A DNA stretch of 32,000 nt, taken from Haloquadratum walsbyi C23. GTDB lineage: Archaea > Halobacteriota > Halobacteria > Halobacteriales > Haloferacaceae. The notes under the pieces are model-generated. The model saw nothing but the letters and a program-made list of their open reading frames with translations, ran no database searches and had not been told where the DNA came from. Location: assembly GCF_000237865.1 (NCBI RefSeq), contig NC_017459.1, positions 1,110,001 through 1,142,000 of the forward strand. Reading direction: 5' to 3'. Position 1 is the stretch's first letter, and every line of letters starts with the position of its first letter. Of this stretch, positions 25,639 through 32,000 are shown in pieces. Made by a program: the position numbers and the translations under genes.

Positions 25639-27468
25639 GTGAAGCGGCTCATAACCCCGTCGGCGCAAACCAGCCTACATACTATTACCTTCCTCGTTGC
25701 GTTCTGTAGTTTTACCTATGAACTTGCATACTCAGAGTTATTGACTGTGATGTATGGCGGGACGGTCACCCAGTACGGATTGACAATTGGTATTTTCTTT
25801 TCATCGCTTGGAATTGGATCTTATATCGCCAAACAGTTCGATGAAACCCGCCCTGAAAATGTCTTTCGCACTGAGCTTTATCTAGCGTTTATAGCTCCTG
25901 TTGGTCTGTTATTTATTATCTGGATCAATACGGCTGCACTGCCGCAGCTCCTTCCAGAGATACTGCTTGGATTGCTAGCTCGTCTTCCGGTCGTCGGGAT
26001 TGGCGTCTTATCAGGCTTCGAACTTCCGCTGTTACTTGCACTTGTCAATAATTTAGACTCACCCTCATTATCACCGGGAGTACGGCGAATAACGAATATG
26101 ACCGACCGAGTGATCAATACGATTATTGGAATATTATTTCATACATCTCACTCACGCAGTGAATATGACACATACTCTACAGTTCTTGCAATGGACTACC
26201 TTGGAGGGCTCATCAGCGCTCTGATTTATGTCTTCCTTCTGTACCCAAGCGTTGGACTTATTATCTCTATTTTCGCCCTCGCGCTGATTAATGTCGTTGC
26301 GGCTCTATTCTTTATTTGTCGATTTAGTTCTCGACCATGGGGAATTCTTGCCGAAGGCGACCGTGATATTATCACGAACGAACGAACAGTGTTGGTCGTA
26401 ATTACGATCGTGCTCACAGCAACACTCGGTGGAGCCGTTATCTCTCATCAAACAGTCGATAACACGCTAACAGAGTATTATCTTGAGGGGAACATAGAAC
26501 AAGAGTATCCGCCTGGGACCGTCGATGCTGAGATTACGACTCAGTTCACCACCCAATATCAACACGTCGTACAGTATAATCGCACTTGGAAGGGAAGTAG
26601 TTCGAATCCACTTTTTGCCGGGCAGACAGAGCGATGTCTCCGTCTTGATACAGCAATCCAGGTATGTGATAGTACAGCACGCCCATATCATAATGGACTG
26701 GTGGATGTCCCTCTCTCAATGTATCCAAACACTACAGATACTGATGTGCTTCTCGTTGGTGGCGGTGACTGGATTGCGCTTGATCACCTTCGTCAAGAGA
26801 ATGTTTCTGTTGATCATGTCGATATTGATGCAGAGTTCATGCAATACGCCAAAACGAATTCATTTCTCACAGAATACCACAATAACGCATATACTTACGA
26901 ACATGCAAAAACGTATCAGGCTGACATCTATGATTACCTGCAGCGGACAGATGCGCAGTATGATGTCATTTTGCTTGACCTGCCTGGTGCAAAGACTGAT
27001 GATCTGCTTCCGGTCTACTCGACACAATTCTATCGATTACTAAAGGACTCACTCACAGAAAATGGTGTTGTTGCGACATGGGGTTACTCGCAATACACAT
27101 ATTCATCTCATCAGAAAGCATACTTCAACACTGTCACTCAGGCAGGTTTCACCCAATATCAGTCATATTATGCATATGATGATTATACTGGCAATGGTGA
27201 GACTCGACGCGGAGAGTTATTTTATCTATTTGCCCCGGATTCATCACGACCGGTCATTACCCCTACGAATGGGACCCAGTATGTCAGAAAATATCAAGGA
27301 CAGTATCAGTCGAAGAAGTGGCGCTCAGTACCTACATATCGTGGCGTTAGACCGAATACGCTCTTCAATCCTAACTATGAGATTCTTATTGATACCCAGC
27401 GTAAGCAAGAATCAGCTTCAAATCGACTCAGTCGACTTCAAAACATGACACTATCAGATCTACTATAA
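25639..27468 (+). CDS. Polytopic membrane protein fused to a spermidine-synthase-like (aminopropyl/methyltransferase fold) domain
   Basis: GTG start. About 270 aa of hydrophobic helices (FLVAFCSFTYELAYSELLTVMYGG..., LGIGSYI...). Then LLVGGGDWIALDHL, VDHVDIDAEF, YDVILLDLPG and VYSTQFYRLLKDSLTENGV, which match the spermidine synthase motif order. The canonical GGGDG reads GGGDW here. Confidence 0.8.
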   Translation: MKRLITPSAQTSLHTITFLVAFCSFTYELAYSELLTVMYGGTVTQYGLTIGIFFSSLGIGSYIAKQFDETRPENVFRTELYLAFIAPVGLLFIIWINTAALPQLLPEILLGLLARLPVVGIGVLSGFELPLLLALVNNLDSPSLSPGVRRITNMTDRVINTIIGILFHTSHSRSEYDTYSTVLAMDYLGGLISALIYVFLLYPSVGLIISIFALALINVVAALFFICRFSSRPWGILAEGDRDIITNERTVLVVITIVLTATLGGAVISHQTVDNTLTEYYLEGNIEQEYPPGTVDAEITTQFTTQYQHVVQYNRTWKGSSSNPLFAGQTERCLRLDTAIQVCDSTARPYHNGLVDVPLSMYPNTTDTDVLLVGGGDWIALDHLRQENVSVDHVDIDAEFMQYAKTNSFLTEYHNNAYTYEHAKTYQADIYDYLQRTDAQYDVILLDLPGAKTDDLLPVYSTQFYRLLKDSLTENGVVATWGYSQYTYSSHQKAYFNTVTQAGFTQYQSYYAYDDYTGNGETRRGELFYLFAPDSSRPVITPTNGTQYVRKYQGQYQSKKWRSVPTYRGVRPNTLFNPNYEILIDTQRKQESASNRLSRLQNMTLSDLL

Positions 27469-27470
27469 TT

Positions 27471-27992
27471 ATGTCAGAAGAAGAACTATATCTCATCCAG
27501 TCGAAACACCCACACTCACTCGATGATATTGATATTAAAGCGACTCATGAAACATTGTTTTCTGCACACCCAGCAGAATTCCATATTATTGGAGAATCTC
27601 ACGCTGTAAGCGTTCCAGCACTTCCATTTTATGAAATTTTCTCCTGTCAGCCAATACGGACAGAGCAGGCATCAGATACGACAATCAACACGATTGAACT
27701 CTGTGTGGACACACGACTAAGTACAGTTTACACGCTCGGAGCTGAGCACACAAGTATTCAGACAACCGTCCGAATTGAGCCATTTGAGTCATTTCTAGAT
27801 GTAGGGTCGTTCACGATTGTATACAAATTCGATACAAACGCGTATACAGCAATCAACTGTATCTCACAACGGGAGTATCGAACCTATCATACATATCCTG
27901 AACACGATTTGACGGTTATTTCGTGTCATCAAATCTGTTCTGCATCGAATATAGAGTCGCGAGATATGATTGAAGCAAGCACACAACAATGA
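27471..27992 (+). CDS. Hypothetical cytoplasmic protein separated from the upstream gene by only 2 nt (possibly translationally coupled)
   Basis: The ATG is 2 nt after the upstream TAA (27466-27468). 173 aa, no signal peptide or TM segment, and no family recognised with confidence. Confidence 0.65.
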   Translation: MSEEELYLIQSKHPHSLDDIDIKATHETLFSAHPAEFHIIGESHAVSVPALPFYEIFSCQPIRTEQASDTTINTIELCVDTRLSTVYTLGAEHTSIQTTVRIEPFESFLDVGSFTIVYKFDTNAYTAINCISQREYRTYHTYPEHDLTVISCHQICSASNIESRDMIEASTQQ

Positions 27993-28029
27993 ATGACAAG
28001 CAGTTACCACTAATCCTAGCACACGACGA

Positions 28030-30201
28030 ATGAACTGCCAATATACAGCTACCCCAGAAAAAAGCCAATTCTCATCATTGACAGCCATGTGGTCGTGTCC
28101 ACACGAGTCTCATCAAGAGGGCGAACACTGTGTCTTTCATATGACTCCTGAAGAACGGAGACACCACGATATTACACCACAGGATATTCATGCTACACTT
28201 CTCTCCGAGTTAGAGGCTGAAGCAAATGATAAAAAGGAGTTTATTGGGGCGCACATCCCATATCTTGATCTTGATTATATCGATGTTGAGACAGACAATC
28301 AATATCCACTCGACTTTCGACATACAACAATCAAAAACGGAATTTCGGCTGCTCACGCACGGTTTGAGGAACGCGTTGACCTTCGGAATAGCACTGTTGG
28401 TGGCTTACATGCGCCGAACTGTGAATTTGAAGACGGATTACTTGCCTCTAAGACGGTCTTCACTGATGTGGTCACCCTCTCTGAGACGGTTTTCAATGGT
28501 GATACCGTTGACTTCACCGATACGACCTTTGAGCAGTCCCTCGTATGTGAAGAAATAACAGTTGCTGTTGATATGTTCTTCGAGCATGCAGAATTCAACG
28601 GTCGTGTTTCATTTGATGGTGCATGGTTTGCTGAACAGGCAAGCACGATTGATGACAATACTATCTTCAATCATGCAATCTTTCATGATATCGCATCATT
28701 CAAACATACGTCATTTTATTATACGGCGTTTCAGGATGTTACATTTTATGACATGACCACATTTAAACAAGCCACGGCAAACGGTACAATCCGATTGAAT
28801 GGATCAACATTTCACGCTGCTGCTGATTTCGATGAGTTACACTGTGAGGAGGACATCTCCTTTGGTGACGTCGTATTTCATGGAAAAGCCTTCTTCAGAG
28901 GGGTGTCGGTTATTGGGGGCGCAGACGTGCTTGCAGATGACTTCTCATTAGCGAATACCAGATTTAATGCGGAGACCACCTTTGAACGCGGAACATTTGG
29001 ATTCACAAACGCAGAAGATGCAAAATTCAATGCGTGCGTAAACTTCGAACGGAGTACGTTTAGCGATGATGCAGATTTTGTTAATACCACATTTGCTGAC
29101 ACAGCTGATTTCGATGAAGTGATTTTCGACGGCGATGTTGCATTCACAAATACTACCTTCGACGCGGACGCTGTCTTTCGAGGTGCTGAATTCAACGGGG
29201 GGACGAATTATATTGAATCTGATGCAGTTTTTAATAATGTTACATTCACTCAAAAGGCTGATTTTAGCGATACGGACATCGTTTCGATTGAATTTAATCG
29301 AACTGAATTCCAATCGGATGTTGATTTCACTGACGCTGAGATTACTGAGACATTCATCATTGAGAATCCGGTGTTCGTTGATGATCCATATCTTGATTTT
29401 ACTGATGCAACAATTGAGGAGGGAACAATTATGCAACCAAATCGTGGATGGGGACATTTTGACTTTACGCAAGCAACAGTCGGCGATGTTCTACTGACGG
29501 CGGCTGACCAAGTTGATAGACGAGAGCTGCTTGATTACTTTCGTTTCTGTGACACGACATTCGACACATTTGATTTCTCACAGCATCTTGAGTATCTTGA
29601 TCGAAACAATTGGGTTCTTCATACTTTTGCTCACCCAGAGACTGAATTCACACCAGCACTCGAACTCACACCAGCACGAATTGAGAAGACGTACTTAAAA
29701 GCGAAATCAAGTGCCTCAGCACAAAGCAACATCAAGGCTGCTGGTGAATTTCGGGTAAAGCGACAACAATATGCACGGAGAAAGTTCACTCAGATTGCAG
29801 CCGATTCTGCAGAACCAATTCGAACACGTATCAGAAACGGACTTCGGACAGCAGAGAATCTATTTCTTGAGTTTTCCTGCGGGTATGGACTCCGGTTGTA
29901 CCGAATTACTACCGTGTTCATACTGGTTCCACTGATAGCCGCGATTTTGTTCACTTTTGCTGGACCGCTATTCGAGACTAGTGCCGGGCAGGCTTCACTT
30001 TCCCAAGCATTGAACGCGACCGGTACTCGCACGCTTCTACTCAATGTATACTTTTCATATATCACATTTCTCACAATCGGATATGGTGGCATTGGTCCAC
30101 TCGGTCTTGGGGCTCGATTCCTTGCTGCAATTCTTGTTTATCTTAATGTAATTTTGGCTGGACTCTTCATTTACTCCCTAATTAAACGGAGTGAAATTTA
30201 G
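28030..30201 (+). CDS. Pentapeptide-repeat protein with an N-terminal Cys/His motif and a C-terminal 2-TM potassium-channel pore domain
   Basis: N-terminus WSCPHESHQEGEHCVFH. About 350 aa of A(D/N)F-type pentapeptide repeats (e.g. ADFDEVIFDGDVAFTNTTFDADAVFRGAEFNGG). The C-terminus has TM1 (ITTVFILVPLIAAILFTFAGPLF), a pore helix plus filter YFSYITFLTIGYGGIG (TIGYGG at nt 30073-30090) and TM2 (FLAAILVYLNVILAGLFIYSLI). Confidence 0.85.
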   Translation: MNCQYTATPEKSQFSSLTAMWSCPHESHQEGEHCVFHMTPEERRHHDITPQDIHATLLSELEAEANDKKEFIGAHIPYLDLDYIDVETDNQYPLDFRHTTIKNGISAAHARFEERVDLRNSTVGGLHAPNCEFEDGLLASKTVFTDVVTLSETVFNGDTVDFTDTTFEQSLVCEEITVAVDMFFEHAEFNGRVSFDGAWFAEQASTIDDNTIFNHAIFHDIASFKHTSFYYTAFQDVTFYDMTTFKQATANGTIRLNGSTFHAAADFDELHCEEDISFGDVVFHGKAFFRGVSVIGGADVLADDFSLANTRFNAETTFERGTFGFTNAEDAKFNACVNFERSTFSDDADFVNTTFADTADFDEVIFDGDVAFTNTTFDADAVFRGAEFNGGTNYIESDAVFNNVTFTQKADFSDTDIVSIEFNRTEFQSDVDFTDAEITETFIIENPVFVDDPYLDFTDATIEEGTIMQPNRGWGHFDFTQATVGDVLLTAADQVDRRELLDYFRFCDTTFDTFDFSQHLEYLDRNNWVLHTFAHPETEFTPALELTPARIEKTYLKAKSSASAQSNIKAAGEFRVKRQQYARRKFTQIAADSAEPIRTRIRNGLRTAENLFLEFSCGYGLRLYRITTVFILVPLIAAILFTFAGPLFETSAGQASLSQALNATGTRTLLLNVYFSYITFLTIGYGGIGPLGLGARFLAAILVYLNVILAGLFIYSLIKRSEI

Positions 30202-30256
30202 CACTGAGTAACTCAGCAAAAACATAATACACACTCAGTCGGTAATTTAACTTAGT

Positions 30257-31222
30257 ATGAGCAATGCCCACGAACATGACTTCACTGGAGATATCACACT
30301 CAATGGAGGTGAGGAAACGCCGATTTCAGTTATCGATGCTGAAAATGTCTATTTTCGACGAAACTCGGTCACTGGAAATGTTAAACTCATCAATCCTGAA
30401 TACGTATTTTCATCTCAGAGACCAACCGAAAAAACCGTGCCGTCAGATGACATAGAGACCACTGTTAGTGGGTCAATCGAGGATATATATGTTCCACACA
30501 ATGCAATCGAGGGGACCATCATCATTGATGGCGCACAAGATGTGCACATCGAACCAAATGCAATAACTGGTGATATTGAAATTGTTGGAGAAGAGCAACT
30601 CTTCTATAATCAACTCACAGACTCGCCATATGGACACGGCGTTTATGATGCGCATGGCGTTGGCTGGAAGCGATCAGTGTCTGTGTCCGATCCCAAACAC
30701 GGTGTCAGTGTCACTGGTGGGCGATGCACCGCAGAAATAACTGATGTAACGGCAGATATCGAACTGATTGTATCTGGTTGGAACAATACCATTGATATCA
30801 CTGGGCGAACAGCAATGGTCACGGTCTATTTACTTGGATCGCAAAACACCGTGAGGACAAGTCCATATATCGATCTTGAAACAGACATACAGGCTGGCGT
30901 CGAGAATACCATCGAACAGGAACCAGTTCCTGCCAGTGATATCATCGAGACGACCAGAAAGGAAGCATATGCTGGTCACTTACTGGGACGAGACACCGTT
31001 ACTTTTCAGGAGCCAGCCACAGACAGAGACTACTGCCCAAACTGCGGTGCGAATGCAAGCGCTATCATCACTCGCCGTCAAGAGGATGCACTTTTTCTTA
31101 CCAACACCCCTGTCTACCGATTCGATGCTGGAGGAAATTCATATGAATGTGAAAACTGCTCGGTTAACGCTACCCCAGACATACAGTTGTCTGAGGAGGA
31201 ACGTAAACGAGTCTTAGGTTGA
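30257..31222 (+). CDS. Hypothetical protein: beta-helix-like repeats plus a C-terminal CxxC...CxxC zinc ribbon
   Basis: Repeated x-(T/E)G-(D/N/T)-(I/V) strands: FTGDITLNG, SVTGNVKLI, AIEGTIIIDG, AITGDIEIVG. There is a DUF3060-like block, VTGGRCTAEITDVTADIELIVSGWNNTIDITGRTAMVTVYLLGSQNTV. Then CPNCG...(33 aa)...CENC. Confidence 0.7.
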   Translation: MSNAHEHDFTGDITLNGGEETPISVIDAENVYFRRNSVTGNVKLINPEYVFSSQRPTEKTVPSDDIETTVSGSIEDIYVPHNAIEGTIIIDGAQDVHIEPNAITGDIEIVGEEQLFYNQLTDSPYGHGVYDAHGVGWKRSVSVSDPKHGVSVTGGRCTAEITDVTADIELIVSGWNNTIDITGRTAMVTVYLLGSQNTVRTSPYIDLETDIQAGVENTIEQEPVPASDIIETTRKEAYAGHLLGRDTVTFQEPATDRDYCPNCGANASAIITRRQEDALFLTNTPVYRFDAGGNSYECENCSVNATPDIQLSEEERKRVLG

Positions 31223-31292
31223 TCGGTTGATCGGGATCTCTGCAAAAGAGTGATTACCGCTTTGATCCCAGCGCCATATGTAGAGATGGAAA

Positions 31293-31763
31293 TTATTCAA
31301 GCAGAAGAAAACTCACTCCACCAATCACTGCACTGACAGTGGTCAATATCAGCGTCAAAACGATACCCAATCCGAAGAGAGCAGGAGCGAACGTAAGCCC
31401 AAAGATAAATCCGATTAATGCACCAATTCCTGTTGCTAACACCGGTGATCCACTCTCAGTCTTTGCTCCAATACCCGACCCAGCAGCGACACCTCCAATC
31501 CACGTCAGTGGAATCGGGATTACTCCAGCGATGAGTGCTCCAATAAACATGAGGCCGGCAAGGGCAACAGCACTGGAAGAACTATTCCCTTGATTTGTTT
31601 TTGAACTGATCATATTGAATGTTCGCTTGAGTAAGCCAGACCAACTACTGCGGTCTGAAACTGGTTGTGGAGACACCCGATACCCTGACTGTGAACGTGA
31701 ACTCCCCCCAGTATCATTACTGTCTGTTGTTTTCGTTTGTTCTTTTTGTCGCTCTTTACTCAT
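31293..31763 (-). CDS. Small membrane protein with glycine-zipper-type helices
   Basis: ATG start. Polar Ser/Thr-rich N-terminus, then AVALAGLMFIGALIAGVIPIPLTWIGGVAAGSGIGA... and GIGALIGFIFGLTFAPALFGLGIVLTLILTTVSAVIGGVSFLL. Convergent with the cluster to its left. Confidence 0.6.
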   Translation of the reverse strand: MSKERQKEQTKTTDSNDTGGSSRSQSGYRVSPQPVSDRSSWSGLLKRTFNMISSKTNQGNSSSSAVALAGLMFIGALIAGVIPIPLTWIGGVAAGSGIGAKTESGSPVLATGIGALIGFIFGLTFAPALFGLGIVLTLILTTVSAVIGGVSFLLLE

Positions 31764-31915
31764 GTGAATGCATTCGTACTCCAGACAAATGAATGGCTAC
31801 ACTCAATTTCACTACTGCTACAATATCACAAGATTCAGTCATGAATGAGTCGGGATCGACAATATGGATATTAACGTGAGATCAACCGTGGAATTCTATA
31901 GCCGGAGCAGGGCAA

Positions 31916-31950
31916 GAACCCCGGATTATACCTTTGGGGTGAAGCCTATC
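31916..31950 (+). repeat. Additional copy of the GAAxCCCC...GGGGTxAAG hairpin motif family
   Basis: agaaccccggattatacctttggggtgaagcc has a 5' gaacccc arm and a 3' ggggtgaag arm. Compare aaatcccctcggggtcaag at around 645. Confidence 0.3.
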
Positions 31951-32000
31951 GAAAGGTTGCACATGATTACTGCGGTTGATGTACTGTTCAATCTTTGAGG

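Noticed and set aside
1-32000. Search by eye for CRISPR arrays, tRNA/rRNA genes, reverse-transcriptase (YxDD) ORFs and tandem repeats
   Set aside because: No regularly spaced direct repeats, no T-arm/acceptor-stem candidates (GTTCRAATC-type) outside coding sequence, no rRNA-like segments and no RT motifs were found. Absence is by inspection only. tRNAscan/Infernal would be decisive.

Overview
This is a haloarchaeal-looking chromosomal segment. The predicted proteins are very acidic, there are twin-arginine plus lipobox signal peptides, and the gene families are typical of Halobacteria. The moderate-GC backbone is reminiscent of Haloquadratum, but that is inference only.

Layout:
1. 1-1840 is mostly non-coding or decayed DNA. 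It carries several copies of a short IS-end-like motif.
2. ~1839-14933 is a mosaic integrated island.
   - It is bounded by ~445-bp diverged direct repeats. Each repeat carries a TATA-like box plus the first 22 codons of a small conserved gene and ends in an identical 29-bp core.
   - The left part (2.6-11.6 kb) is visibly high-GC. It holds a multiply frameshifted tyrosine integrase, a second integrase stub, and a pile of toxin-antitoxin-like modules, many decayed: MazF-like, AbiEi/AbiEii, two paralogous HTH+PIN pairs, UPF0175-like+PIN, and HTH+DUF6516/TumE-like.
   - The lower-GC right part carries an FkbM methyltransferase and a GIY-YIG-type protein.
3. 14.9-24.3 kb holds backbone genes: a small conserved acidic protein, a LURP-one-like protein, a GH31 glycosidase, an SMP-30-like Tat lipoprotein, a sensor-domain membrane protein, a double winged-helix protein and a Usp. 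These are interspersed with IS200/IS605 tnpB relics and orphan hairpin motifs.
4. 24.7-31.8 kb is a low-GC, mostly co-directional cluster. It encodes a lipoprotein, a membrane-embedded spermidine-synthase-like protein, a tightly spaced (2-nt gap) small protein, a pentapeptide-repeat/K+-channel-pore fusion and a beta-helix/zinc-ribbon protein, with a convergent glycine-zipper membrane protein at the right end. I consider this the best candidate for an undescribed system.

No rRNA, tRNA or CRISPR array was seen. The ORF track writes GTG/TTG starts as M, so several starts were re-evaluated by hand. All family assignments come from motif recognition by eye, not from searches.
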